A stretch of DNA of 64,000 nucleotides, from assembly GCA_951812955.1 (NCBI GenBank), contig OX638340.1, positions 3,552,001 through 3,616,000 of the forward strand, written 5' to 3'. This DNA comes from an uncultured Gemmatimonadota bacterium. GTDB taxonomy: Bacteria; JAAXHH01. The translations under genes were made by a program, and so were the position numbers. Positions within the stretch are counted from its first letter, which is position 1. The number at the start of each line of letters is the position of its first letter. Under the pieces are notes generated by a model that ran no database searches, was not told the origin of the DNA, and saw only the letters and a list, made by a program, of their open reading frames with translations. Shown here piece by piece: positions 30,507 through 40,019 of this stretch.

Positions 30507-32180
30507 ATGGCTGAAATGACCGGTTACCGGTATATCGCGGAAATGCTGCGCGGTTACGGCGTAAGAGCCGTATTTCACGTTCCCTATGTCCTGGACGGCG
30601 CCCTCGTGGAGATGGAGAAACTGGGTATCCGGCGGGTCCGGTGCCATTCCGAGAAAGCCGCGGCGTACATGGCCGACGGCTACGCGCGGGTCGCCGGCGG
30701 TCCCGGCATTGCCATGGCGCAGTCCGTTGGCGCGGCCAATCTCGCCGCCGGTCTCCAGGACGCCTGGCTCGCGTGCTCGCCGGTCATCGCCCTGACGGGA
30801 CGCTGGATGCCCCACTACCTGTACCAGCAGGCCTACCAGGAGATCGATCACCGCCCCCTGTACGATCCGGTCACCAAGTTCAATGCCTACGTCGACAGCG
30901 TGGAACAGATCCCGTTCATGTTGCGACAGGCCTTTCGCGAAGCCACGACAGGCGCGCCGCGTCCGGTGCACCTGGACTTCCTGGGCCTGTCCGGCGATCT
31001 GGCGGCGGGGTCGAAGTTCGATGCCGAGGTGATCGCAGAAGCTTCCTTCGCCGGATATCCGGCTTTTCGTCCCGAGCCAGAACCGGGACGCGTAGAGAAA
31101 GCGGCAAAACACATCGCGCAGGCGGAACGGCCGGTACTGGTTGCAGGAGGCGGTGTTACGGCATCTGGCGCGCAGGCCGAAGTGGTCCGCCTGGCGGAGA
31201 AGCTCTCGATCCCGGTGGCGACCTCGCTCAACGCCAAGGGGACGATCCCCGAGAACCATCCGCTGTCGGCCGGCGTGGTCGGCACCTATTCCCGCAAGTG
31301 CGCCAACGAGATCGTCGCCGAGGCGGACCTTGTGGTTTTCGTGGGTAGCCATACCGGCGGACAGGTCACCCACTTCTGGCAGATTCCCCGGCCCGGGACG
31401 CCGACGATACAGATCGACGTAGACCCTTCTCAGATCGGCCGCAATTATCCCGCCGAGGTCGCCATCCAGGGTGACGCGAAGGTGACGCTGGAGCGGCTGA
31501 TCGAGACCGTCGAACCGGTGCAGTCGAGGCCAGGGTGGACGGCTCGAGCGCGGGAACGCGTCCAGGCCTGGCGATCCGAATTCGACGGGCTGCTCCGGTC
31601 AGATGCCGTGCCGATTCGTCCCGAGCGTCTGTGCCACGAAATCACCGAATTCCTCCCATCGGACGCCATACTCCTCTCTGATACGGGCCATGCCGGCATC
31701 TGGACGGGTACCATGATCGAGATCACGCAGTCCGGGCAGACCTTCCTGCGCTGCGCCGGGTCCCTGGGCTGGGCCTTCCCCGCGGCCATGGGGGCCAAGT
31801 GCGCGGCGCCGGACCGTCCCGTCATTTGCTTCATCGGCGACGGCGGATTCTGGTATCACCTGGGGGAATTGGAAACGGCTGCCCGGTTCGGCATCAGCAC
31901 CGTCACGGTGATCAACAACAACCGTTCCTTCAACCAGTGCAGGGGCGGGTTCGAAGGCGCGCACGGCGGGCGGGACCAGGGATCGGACGACCTGTGGGTC
32001 TTCGAGGACATAGACTTCGCAGCGGTGGCGAAATCCATGGGGTGCTTAGGGATACGCGTGGAAGACCCGGCGGAAATCCGTCCCGCGTTGGAACGGGCCG
32101 TCGCGGTGAACGGACCGGTCGTCGTCGACGTGGCCACCGATATCGATGCCATGGCGCCGACGGCCTACGTGCCGGAGTAA
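30507..32180 (+). CDS. Thiamine-pyrophosphate-dependent enzyme of the acetolactate-synthase large-subunit / benzoylformate-decarboxylase family.
   Basis: It has the three-domain architecture, and the TPP motif GDGGFWYHLGELETAARFGISTVTVINNN is present. The AAAGGAAA RBS precedes ATG 30507; the track ORF begins 17 codons earlier. Confidence 0.85.
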   Translation: MAEMTGYRYIAEMLRGYGVRAVFHVPYVLDGALVEMEKLGIRRVRCHSEKAAAYMADGYARVAGGPGIAMAQSVGAANLAAGLQDAWLACSPVIALTGRWMPHYLYQQAYQEIDHRPLYDPVTKFNAYVDSVEQIPFMLRQAFREATTGAPRPVHLDFLGLSGDLAAGSKFDAEVIAEASFAGYPAFRPEPEPGRVEKAAKHIAQAERPVLVAGGGVTASGAQAEVVRLAEKLSIPVATSLNAKGTIPENHPLSAGVVGTYSRKCANEIVAEADLVVFVGSHTGGQVTHFWQIPRPGTPTIQIDVDPSQIGRNYPAEVAIQGDAKVTLERLIETVEPVQSRPGWTARARERVQAWRSEFDGLLRSDAVPIRPERLCHEITEFLPSDAILLSDTGHAGIWTGTMIEITQSGQTFLRCAGSLGWAFPAAMGAKCAAPDRPVICFIGDGGFWYHLGELETAARFGISTVTVINNNRSFNQCRGGFEGAHGGRDQGSDDLWVFEDIDFAAVAKSMGCLGIRVEDPAEIRPALERAVAVNGPVVVDVATDIDAMAPTAYVPE

Positions 32181-32354
32181 AGGCAGGCGATCGTCATTGA
32201 TGATCCATGATCTATTCTATCACAGTCCGCGATGGTACCTTTGACGCCCGAACCTGATCAAGAATTGATTTTTTGTTAGATTAATGTTTCGTACGTTAAG
32301 AAAAACCGCCTTATTTTCGCTCAGACCATCCAATTAGCTCCATACAGGAGGTCC

Positions 32355-33197
32355 GTGATGCGGTACCTGGTATTGACGCTTGCCATGTTCTTCGTCGGAT
32401 GTTCATCGCATAACCAACTCGGGTCGGGTGACTCGCGCGGTTCAAGTGCGCTGCCCGGACCGGAATCGACGATAGTTTGGCTGGACAGCCAGGGAGGGTT
32501 TCATTCCGTCGGGTTCTTTGACGTGCAGACCATCTTTGACGAAACGGAACTAGAGAGCAGCTATTATGTCCGAGTCGCGGCGTTGCAGGCTACCGGGACG
32601 TCGCAGAAGGCCCTTCTTAACGTGTTGCGGCAGCGTGCATCGTCGATAGGAGCGAACAGGCTGCTCATCGTCAAAGCGGAGGAAAAGAAAGAGGAACTCA
32701 ATCTGTATTCCAGGCTTGAGAACTTGGCCGGTTTTTTCTCCGGTGAGAAAATGGCCGCGGATCGGAGAGATGAAACATATACGCTTCGGATCGAAGCGAT
32801 CGCAATCAGGCTGACTGATGATCGGACAACCCTGGAGCCATCCCGTCAATGGGACGATCGGCCACCAGTGTACAGTCCCCGTCGACCCAATGATCGGCCA
32901 ACCGTTTACCGGCCCCGACGACTGGATGACCGGCGAAACGCGAAGCCACTCGGTCGACTGGAGGATCGGCGTTCCGCCAAGCCACCCCGTCGACCGGATG
33001 ACCGGCGAAACCTGAAACCACCCCCACCGCAGGAGAAGCCGGCACCTGTGCAGCCGCCTCCGCCAAAGAATGACCCGCCAAAGGAGAAACCACCTCCTCC
33101 AAAGGACGATCAGCCAGCCAAGAAGCCGCCTCCGCCAAAGGATGACCGGCCAAACCTGAAGCCACCTGGTCTGAAGACAAAGACCCACCGACCGTGA
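32355..33197 (+). CDS. Lipoprotein with a globular N-terminal domain and a C-terminal Pro/Lys/Asp/Arg-rich repetitive tail.
   Basis: A strong RBS, CAGGAGG, and the lipobox MFFVGCSS are present. The C-terminus carries DDRxxxKPP and KPPPPK repeats. An unusually AT-rich stretch lies just upstream, at 32200-32350. Confidence 0.6.
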   Translation: MMRYLVLTLAMFFVGCSSHNQLGSGDSRGSSALPGPESTIVWLDSQGGFHSVGFFDVQTIFDETELESSYYVRVAALQATGTSQKALLNVLRQRASSIGANRLLIVKAEEKKEELNLYSRLENLAGFFSGEKMAADRRDETYTLRIEAIAIRLTDDRTTLEPSRQWDDRPPVYSPRRPNDRPTVYRPRRLDDRRNAKPLGRLEDRRSAKPPRRPDDRRNLKPPPPQEKPAPVQPPPPKNDPPKEKPPPPKDDQPAKKPPPPKDDRPNLKPPGLKTKTHRP

Positions 33198-33279
33198 AGG
33201 GACACTCGTGTCCTGCAAGTAAAGGATGATGTGTTGGATGCAGGTTTGCCGGCTCAAAAACCATCGGAGACGTTCAGGG

Positions 33280-34122
33280 TCAGAATCTAGCGCTTTCGGC
33301 GTCTGGGAGGATCCCGTCCTCGTCCCGGGGCAGCACGGACAGGGGGAGCGCGATCGATGAACCCGCGTCGACGGGGAGCGTGACCCCCGTGATCCAGCGG
33401 GACTCCTCGCTGGCCAGGAAGACGGCTGCGTGGCCCACGTCCCAGGCCGTGCCCTCGGTGCCGAGTGGCGTGGAGCGCTTCCTGAGTTCCCGGTGAGCGT
33501 CGGAAAGCCCTGCCGTGAAGGACCCGTGCAAGTGGCCGGGCGCAATGCAGTTGACGCGGATCCCGTCCCGGCCGTGCTGAACCGCCATGTTGATGGTGAG
33601 GGCGATGACGCCACCCTTGGACGTCTCGTAGGCGACGTTGTAGGACCACCCGCTACGGAAGCCGTCGATGGACGCCACGTTGATGATGGAACCGCCCCCG
33701 GTCTTCATCATCGCCGGGATGGCATGCCGGCTCGCGAGCATCATGGACTTGATGTTCACTGACATGATCTCGTCCCAGTGTTCCTCGCGCACGTCCACCA
33801 CCGTGCCGGGATAGCTGAGACCCACGTTGTTGAAGAGGATGTGAAGTCCGCCGTAACGGGCAACCGCGGTTTCGGCCATGGACCTGCAGTCCGCCGACCG
33901 GGTCACGTCCCCGGTGAATATAGAGGCTGTTCCCCCTTCTTTCTCGATGGTTTCAAGCGTCCTGCCGGCGTTCTCCTCGCTTCGGTCCGCCAGCAGCACT
34001 TTCGCGCCTTCCCGGGCGAGGAGCACGGCGGTCGCCTGCCCGGTGCCCGCCACGTCGCCTTGCGTGCCCGCGCCCGTCACGATGGCCACCTTGCCGTCCA
34101 GCCTGGGTTTGCGAGTCGTCAT
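33280..34122 (-). CDS. Short-chain dehydrogenase/reductase (SDR).
   Basis: VAIVTGAGTQG, NNVG and YETSKGG (YxxxK) are present. Confidence 0.85.
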   Translation of the reverse strand: MTTRKPRLDGKVAIVTGAGTQGDVAGTGQATAVLLAREGAKVLLADRSEENAGRTLETIEKEGGTASIFTGDVTRSADCRSMAETAVARYGGLHILFNNVGLSYPGTVVDVREEHWDEIMSVNIKSMMLASRHAIPAMMKTGGGSIINVASIDGFRSGWSYNVAYETSKGGVIALTINMAVQHGRDGIRVNCIAPGHLHGSFTAGLSDAHRELRKRSTPLGTEGTAWDVGHAAVFLASEESRWITGVTLPVDAGSSIALPLSVLPRDEDGILPDAESARF

Positions 34123-34188
34123 TGAAACTCCCCGTTAATCAGAAAATCTCCGCGCCGCAATCGACAGCCGGGCGTAGCGGCCCGTCCA

Positions 34189-35040
34189 TCAAAAGATCTC
34201 CGCGCCGCCCGCAACGACCAGGTCCACGGCCGTGAGGTAGTCCGATTCGGGCGAGGCCAGGAAAGCGACCGTCTGGGCCACGTCGTCGCCCCGGGCTACC
34301 CTTCCAAGGGGTGAGATGTCGGTTTTTTCCTGGATGAATTCCTGGTGGGCATCGCTGTTTTTCCAGGATTTTCCGAGGATGGCGCCGTCGGATATGGCCT
34401 CGGCAATGAATCCCACGCGTTCGGTGTCGACCGCGGTGGGCGACACGGAATTGACGTTGATGCCGTGTGGACCGAGTTCCTGCGCCAGCGCCTGGGTGAA
34501 ACGGATGATGGCGGCCTTGGAGGCGCAGTAGGCGGAGAACCTCGGACGTCCGATCTTGCCCGACGTGGAGGCGATGTTGATGATCTTTCCGCCGCTTCCC
34601 CGTTCGATCATGTGGCGCGCCGCGGCCCGGCACATGAGGAACACGCCCCGGGCGTTGACGTTCATTTCCTTGTCCCAGGCCTCTTCTTCCATATCGACCA
34701 CGAGGACGCGGTCCTTACCCGGCAGGGAACCGGCGCCGTTCACCAGGATGTCTATGTGACCGAACCGTTCGACCCCCCGCGATACGAGGTCAGCCACGTG
34801 GTCGGACTTCGAGACGTCGGCCAGGATGGCCTCCGCTTCCCGCCCCGCCGCCTCGATCTCCCTGACCACCGAGGGCAAACCCTCCCATTCCGACGAATCT
34901 CCGGGATAGGGATTGGTGATCAGGTCGCTGACGATGACGTCGGCGCCTTCCCGGGCGAGGCGCGTGGCGACGGCCCTGCCGATGCCCCGTTCGCCGCCCG
35001 CACCGGTGACCAGGGCGGTTTTGCCGTGGAGGTTGTACAT
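34189..35040 (-). CDS. Short-chain dehydrogenase/reductase (SDR), a second copy.
   Basis: It starts MYNLHGKTALVTGAGGERGIG at ATG 35040 after AAAGGAA. NGAG and YCASKAA are present. The track ORF extends 146 codons upstream in a frame rich in R, G and P. Confidence 0.85.
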   Translation of the reverse strand: MYNLHGKTALVTGAGGERGIGRAVATRLAREGADVIVSDLITNPYPGDSSEWEGLPSVVREIEAAGREAEAILADVSKSDHVADLVSRGVERFGHIDILVNGAGSLPGKDRVLVVDMEEEAWDKEMNVNARGVFLMCRAAARHMIERGSGGKIINIASTSGKIGRPRFSAYCASKAAIIRFTQALAQELGPHGINVNSVSPTAVDTERVGFIAEAISDGAILGKSWKNSDAHQEFIQEKTDISPLGRVARGDDVAQTVAFLASPESDYLTAVDLVVAGGAEIF

Positions 35041-35066
35041 GGAACGTTCCTTTTTCTGGCTGTTTA

Positions 35067-35954
35067 TCACTCGCCCTCTCTCCGGGGCCGCACCACGGTC
35101 TCGCCATCGTCCTCCACGAGGGGATGGTGATAGATGTAGGGCGGTTCCAGCACGGCGCGCTGCGCCTCGGTCAGCTCCGAGGTCCATTCGGGCAGGTTGG
35201 CCTCGTAGATCCCGCCGGCGTAGTGGAGATACTTGGGCGTATACCGGTACAGGGCGACGCGCCGGTCGTTCCTGCCGCGCCAGGGCAGCGTGCCGTGGGC
35301 GGTAGCCTCGTTGAAGATCACCAGGTCGCCGGCTTTCTGGACGATGTGATGGACCAGGTCCTGGTTGGCCTCCCAGGTCAGGATATCCTCGGGACATGGC
35401 AAGTTGGCCTTGTGGCTGCCCGGTATGACGCAGAGACCGCCCGCGCCGGGATCCACGTCCGCCAGGGCGAACTGGCACACGATGAGGCCCGATCGCATGC
35501 GCCCGTTGTGGTAGTGGTAATAGCGGGAACCGTTGAAGGTCGCGTTTCCCGAGCCGTGGATCTTGAGCCCCTCACACCCCGCTTCGGCGACCAGCACGTC
35601 GACGCCGTGGTCGAGCTTCCAGCCACGCCCGAACAGGGTGTTTAGATAGGGAATGATCTTCGGATGGGCCAGGAGGTCGCGGAAGGGTTGGCACCACGGC
35701 TGCGGCCAGGTGAGCATGCCCTCGTAGTGGCGAAAGGGCGCATGCCGTCCTTCGAAGGGCCTTCCCCGCCAATCGCCGCTGAGTTCGTTGGGTCCGTCGT
35801 AGGACCCGAGCCGGTCCGGATTGGCGTCGAGGGCCTCGTTCAGCGCTTCGACTTCGTCACCGTTCAGGAAACCCCGCACGTGAAGAAAGCCCTGCAGGTC
35901 GTACAGGTACTGCTCCTCTTCACTCATGGTCGAAAAGGCCGGTGTATCGGCCAT
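35067..35954 (-). CDS. Phytanoyl-CoA dioxygenase (PhyH)-family Fe(II)/2-oxoglutarate oxygenase.
   Basis: The facial triad is present as HGVD (HxD) with a distal histidine in ATAHGT, in the double-stranded beta-helix context. Confidence 0.75.
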   Translation of the reverse strand: MADTPAFSTMSEEEQYLYDLQGFLHVRGFLNGDEVEALNEALDANPDRLGSYDGPNELSGDWRGRPFEGRHAPFRHYEGMLTWPQPWCQPFRDLLAHPKIIPYLNTLFGRGWKLDHGVDVLVAEAGCEGLKIHGSGNATFNGSRYYHYHNGRMRSGLIVCQFALADVDPGAGGLCVIPGSHKANLPCPEDILTWEANQDLVHHIVQKAGDLVIFNEATAHGTLPWRGRNDRRVALYRYTPKYLHYAGGIYEANLPEWTSELTEAQRAVLEPPYIYHHPLVEDDGETVVRPRREGE

Positions 35955-36136
35955 GGAACGTCCTCCCTGGATGCTGTCCCAAACGATCTGGATGGCGCAT
36001 GCAGAAATTTCTGATGTTATGCACTGAAAGATAGCCTGCGCGGCACCGCGCGCAACGACAAAAAGCGCTTCGAGGACCTCACGTGGGACGAAAAAAAACG
36101 ACGATCTGAAACCCTTCGACGCGTATACAAAATGCC

Positions 36137-36165
36137 TTGACAGTCCTGCGGGGGCCGGTTAACGT
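36137..36165 (+). promoter_or_regulatory. Candidate sigma70-type promoter upstream of thyX.
   Basis: TTGACA at 36137-36142, a 17-nt spacer, then TAACGT, about 100 nt upstream of the thyX GTG. Confidence 0.3.
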
Positions 36166-36262
36166 CACGTAGTCCCCGCCATGGGGTGACCACGGGTCTG
36201 TGACCTAAAATGAACGTTGTGTTTTTCCTTAAGAAAACTACGCCCCGAAACTACGGGATGCC

Positions 36263-37225
36263 GTGTCCGAAGAAACCGAAGTACCCGAGCAGATCGAAGC
36301 GCAACATCTCGACCGTCCGACGGTTCCCGAACTGGATGAATTCCTTGGCGTTCCCTTCAAGGTGCTCGACGACGGGTTCGTCCGCGTCGTGGACTACATG
36401 GGCAGCGATCACTCCATCGTGCAGGCCGCCCGTGTTTCCTACGGCGCCGGTACCCGGCAGGTCCACCAGGACCGGGGGCTGATCCGCTATCTCATGCGGC
36501 ATCAGCACACCACTCCCTTCGAGATGTGCGACATCAAGTTTCACCTGCGGGTGCCCATGGACTGCTGGCGCCAGTGGATCCGTCACCGGACGGCCTCTGT
36601 CAATGAATACAGCACCCGTTACTCGCTGGCGATCGATGCGGCGCAGACCACGCCGCCCGATGCGTGGCGGTTCCAGGCGCAGGGCAATCGCCAGGGCAGT
36701 GGCGGTTTCGTCGACGAAGCACAGGGAGCGCGTTTTACTGAGAAGGAACAGGAGCTTCAGGAGGCCGCCCGGTCCCGCTACGAAGAGCGCATCGAAGCCG
36801 GCATCGCCCGGGAACAGGCCCGTAAGGATCTTCCCCTTTCCACGTACACGGAAGCCTACTGGAAAGTGAATCTCCTGAACCTGCTTCGGTTCCTGCTCCT
36901 GCGCATGGACGATCACGCCCAGTGGGAGATCCGGCAGTACGCCCATCTGATCGGACACCGCATCGTGTCCGCCTGGTGTCCCGTGGCGTGGCAGGCCTTT
37001 CTCGACTACAGCGTGAACGCCATGCAGCTGACCCACCTGGACTGGGAGATCATCCGGGCGATTCAGGCTGGAGACGACAAGGCGATTCAGGATCTGCTGC
37101 TGGAGTACCGGTTCGTTTCGAAATCCGGTACCCTGCGCCGCAACCGGGAGCGGGACGAGCTCGAAACCAAGCTTCAGAAGCTGAATATCCCGATTCCATG
37201 GCGATCCGGTGATGATCCCGACTAA
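36263..37225 (+). CDS. thyX: Flavin-dependent thymidylate synthase.
   Basis: The ThyX signature RHRTASVNEYSTRY (RHRxxSxxxxSxRY) is present. The start is GTG. The 426-aa antisense track ORF 36251..37531 is rejected. Confidence 0.85.
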   Translation: MSEETEVPEQIEAQHLDRPTVPELDEFLGVPFKVLDDGFVRVVDYMGSDHSIVQAARVSYGAGTRQVHQDRGLIRYLMRHQHTTPFEMCDIKFHLRVPMDCWRQWIRHRTASVNEYSTRYSLAIDAAQTTPPDAWRFQAQGNRQGSGGFVDEAQGARFTEKEQELQEAARSRYEERIEAGIAREQARKDLPLSTYTEAYWKVNLLNLLRFLLLRMDDHAQWEIRQYAHLIGHRIVSAWCPVAWQAFLDYSVNAMQLTHLDWEIIRAIQAGDDKAIQDLLLEYRFVSKSGTLRRNRERDELETKLQKLNIPIPWRSGDDPD

Positions 37226-37291
37226 CGACACCGGGCACGTGGCCAACGCCGGTCGGCCCGCGACCGCGAACAACCCGATATGCGGTAACCG

Positions 37292-38275
37292 ATGAGTCGA
37301 GGCAAACCCGAATCGGTATCCCGGAGGTACGATGTCCCCGACGCCAGCGTCCGGTCCGGTATCCGCGATGCCCTGGAGCGCTTCGGTCCATCTGAGCACA
37401 GGACCGAAGCCTGGTGCGACTGGGTGCTGGTATTCGAAGATGAAAAGGAAAAGCTGGTCCTCAAGCAGTATCGGAAAGGTACCCTGATGATCCAGGGTAG
37501 GGGGGAACACCTGCTCCGGGTGATCCTGCACGTTCTTTCACCCTTTCTGCCAAATACGGGTGAATCGGAAGACTCCGGAGATGGCTCCGGCGGCGCAATG
37601 GCTCGCGGCGGTGAGAAGACCCGAAAGCTTCCTCTTCCGCACATCGGCACGGACGAGTCCGGTAAGGGCGACTATTTCGGCCCGCTGGTGGTGGGCGGCG
37701 TCCTGGTGGAGACGGGATCCCGGGAGAAACTGTCTGCCCTGGGTGTCCGGGACTCCAAGAAACTGGGCGACGGGAAGTGCCGCGAACTGGCGGCCGGGAT
37801 CCGGCGTATCTGTGTCGGAAAGTACCGCGAGATAATCATTCCACCGGAGCGATACAACACGCTGTACGAGGAGTTTCGCCGGGAAGGCAGGAACCTCAAC
37901 CATCTCCTGGCCTGGGCCCATGCCCGCGCCATCGAATCTTTGCTGGAGTGCGCCGCCTGCCGGCTGGCCGTGGCGGACAAGTTCGGCAACGAGCACTACA
38001 TCCGGTCCCGTCTCATGAACAAGGGCCGGGAGATCGAGCTGATCCAGGAACATCGGGGAGAGCGTTACCTGGCCGTCGCCGCGGCGTCGATTCTCGCCCG
38101 CGACCGATTCCTGGAGCACATGGAAAGACTGTCCGGAGAGGCCGGCCTGCCGCTGCCCAAGGGTGCCGGACCGCAGGTCGTAACTGCAGCCAGGAAATTC
38201 GTCGAACGAAATGGCGTGGATAAACTGCCCGCCGTGGCCAAGATGCACTACAAGACCACGGCCCAGGTTGTGTAA
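37292..38275 (+). CDS. rnhC: Ribonuclease HIII-like protein, with an N-terminal TBP-like domain and an RNase H fold.
   Basis: HIGTDESGKGDYFGPLVVGGV matches the RNase HIII active-site motif (GxDExGKGDxFGP). An N-terminal extension of about 90 aa is also present. Confidence 0.7.
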   Translation: MSRGKPESVSRRYDVPDASVRSGIRDALERFGPSEHRTEAWCDWVLVFEDEKEKLVLKQYRKGTLMIQGRGEHLLRVILHVLSPFLPNTGESEDSGDGSGGAMARGGEKTRKLPLPHIGTDESGKGDYFGPLVVGGVLVETGSREKLSALGVRDSKKLGDGKCRELAAGIRRICVGKYREIIIPPERYNTLYEEFRREGRNLNHLLAWAHARAIESLLECAACRLAVADKFGNEHYIRSRLMNKGREIELIQEHRGERYLAVAAASILARDRFLEHMERLSGEAGLPLPKGAGPQVVTAARKFVERNGVDKLPAVAKMHYKTTAQVV

Positions 38276-38384
38276 ACCCGGTTATTTAGTTAAAATCAGA
38301 CACAGATGTATCGTCGTTCGAAACAGATGTATCGTCGTGTTTTGGAATGAACCGCTGGATATGTGAACCTGCTGTACAGGGAGC

Positions 38385-39893
38385 GTGCATCGGATGCGAC
38401 AGACGACGCTATACGCGCATACGAGGTTCCAGATCGCGCCGGTAGACCCGAGGATCTTCGGAGGATTCCTGGAGCATATCGGTCGGGCCGTCTACGAGGG
38501 CGTGTATGATCCGGACTGCGCGCATGCGGATGAGGACGGATTCCGGAAGGACGTCATGGAGGCCCTCGAACGCCAGTCCATGACCGTCATGCGGTATCCC
38601 GGCGGGAATTTCGTCTCCGGCTACCATTGGATGGACGGCGTGGGCCCCCAGACCCTGCGTCCCACCGTGCGTGAACTCGCCTGGCAGAGCGTGGAGCCGA
38701 ACGCCTTCGGAACGGACGAATTCATCCGGCTCTGCCGCAAGATGGACTGGCGGCCCACGCTCACGGTCAACCTTGGAACAGGCTCCCCCGAGGAAGCCAG
38801 GAACTGGGTCGAGTACTGCAACTGCCCCGCGGGTACGAGTTACGCGGACCTGCGGGTGAGCAATGGGGAGGAGATGCCCTACGGCATCGACCTGTGGTGC
38901 CTGGGCAACGAGATGGACGGACACTGGCAGCTCGGCCACGTGCCGGCGGACCAGTACGCGATCCGGGCCCAGCAGGCCGCGAAGATGATGAAGGACGCGG
39001 ACCGGCGGATCGAACTGGTCGCCTGCGGTTCCTGCTCCGTGGACATGTTCGACACCTACATGGAATGGGACCGTCAGGTCCTCGACTACCTGGGCGATTA
39101 CGCCGACTACATCAGTCTCCATCGTTACGTGGGCAATCCGGAGGACGACACCCCGGACTACCTGGCGGTCACGAACTCCATCGACCGGCAGATCGAGGAG
39201 ATGGACGCGGTATGCCGTTTCGTTCAGGCAAAGCGACGAAGCCCCAAACGCGCGTACCTGTGCTTCGACGAATGGAACGTCTGGTACAAGAACCACGAAA
39301 CGGACGGAGAGGGCAAATTTGCCCCGCACCTGGTGGAGGAGATCTACAATCTCGAAGACGCCCTCGTCGTGGCCGGTTTCCTGAACAGCTTCGTGCGCCA
39401 TGCCGACACGGTCCGCATCGCGAACATAGCGCAGATCGTCAACGTCATCGCCCCGCTGATGACGCGGGGAGACGACCTGCTCGTGCAGTCCATATTCCAT
39501 CCCTTCACGATGTACGCGGGGCGGCGCGAAGGCACGTCGCTGCGGATAAACGTGGATGGCGCTGGATACAGGAGCGAGCGCTATGGCCGGGTGAATTACA
39601 TTGACTCCGCCATGATACAGAACGACAGCATACTGAACGTCTTTGTGACGAATCGCAGCACGGACACCGCCGTACCCCTGCGCATCGTGCTCGAAGACCG
39701 GCCGATCGAATCGCTGGTCAGCGCCGAGATCCTCACTGGGGGCGAAGATCCCAAGGCCGCCAATTCGTTCGAGCAGCCGGACCGGGTCGGCAAACAGCCG
39801 TTCCGGGAGATAAAGGTCGCCGGTGGCAGGGTGCAGTGCTTTCTTCCCCCGCTGTCCTTCGCGGCCATGACCTTCGAACTCGAGAAATGGTAG
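38385..39893 (+). CDS. GH51 alpha-L-arabinofuranosidase.
   Basis: YPGGNFVSGYHW and WCLGNEMDG (the catalytic acid/base in GNE) are present, along with a C-terminal beta-sandwich. Length is 502 aa. Confidence 0.85.
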   Translation: MHRMRQTTLYAHTRFQIAPVDPRIFGGFLEHIGRAVYEGVYDPDCAHADEDGFRKDVMEALERQSMTVMRYPGGNFVSGYHWMDGVGPQTLRPTVRELAWQSVEPNAFGTDEFIRLCRKMDWRPTLTVNLGTGSPEEARNWVEYCNCPAGTSYADLRVSNGEEMPYGIDLWCLGNEMDGHWQLGHVPADQYAIRAQQAAKMMKDADRRIELVACGSCSVDMFDTYMEWDRQVLDYLGDYADYISLHRYVGNPEDDTPDYLAVTNSIDRQIEEMDAVCRFVQAKRRSPKRAYLCFDEWNVWYKNHETDGEGKFAPHLVEEIYNLEDALVVAGFLNSFVRHADTVRIANIAQIVNVIAPLMTRGDDLLVQSIFHPFTMYAGRREGTSLRINVDGAGYRSERYGRVNYIDSAMIQNDSILNVFVTNRSTDTAVPLRIVLEDRPIESLVSAEILTGGEDPKAANSFEQPDRVGKQPFREIKVAGGRVQCFLPPLSFAAMTFELEKW

Positions 39894-39947
39894 TCCTTCG
39901 CGGCCATGACCTTCGCGGCCATGACCTTCGAACTCGAGAAATGGTAG
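39855..39947. repeat. Tandem duplication of the 3' end of the arabinofuranosidase gene.
   Basis: ccttcgcggccatgaccttcgaactcgagaaatggtag occurs at the gene end and again immediately downstream, with an extra internal cggccatgaccttcg. Confidence 0.75.
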
Positions 39948-40019
39948 TCCGCAGGCCGCGCGTCGAAACATCCCGATAGATCTAAGGATCCAGTTCCGGC
40001 GTGACCTGCACGCTGCCGC

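Noticed and set aside
32550-33614. A 354-aa minus-strand ORF overlapping the lipoprotein and SDR genes.
   Set aside because: Its Ser/Pro/Arg/Gly composition is typical of an off-frame read of GC-rich DNA. It overlaps two well-supported genes.
36251-37531. A 426-aa minus-strand ORF.
   Set aside because: The plus strand here encodes ThyX, which carries the diagnostic RHRxxSxxxxSxRY motif, and RNase HIII.
38409-39971. A 520-aa minus-strand ORF.
   Set aside because: It lies antisense to the GH51 arabinofuranosidase, whose YPGGNF and GNE motifs are on the plus strand.
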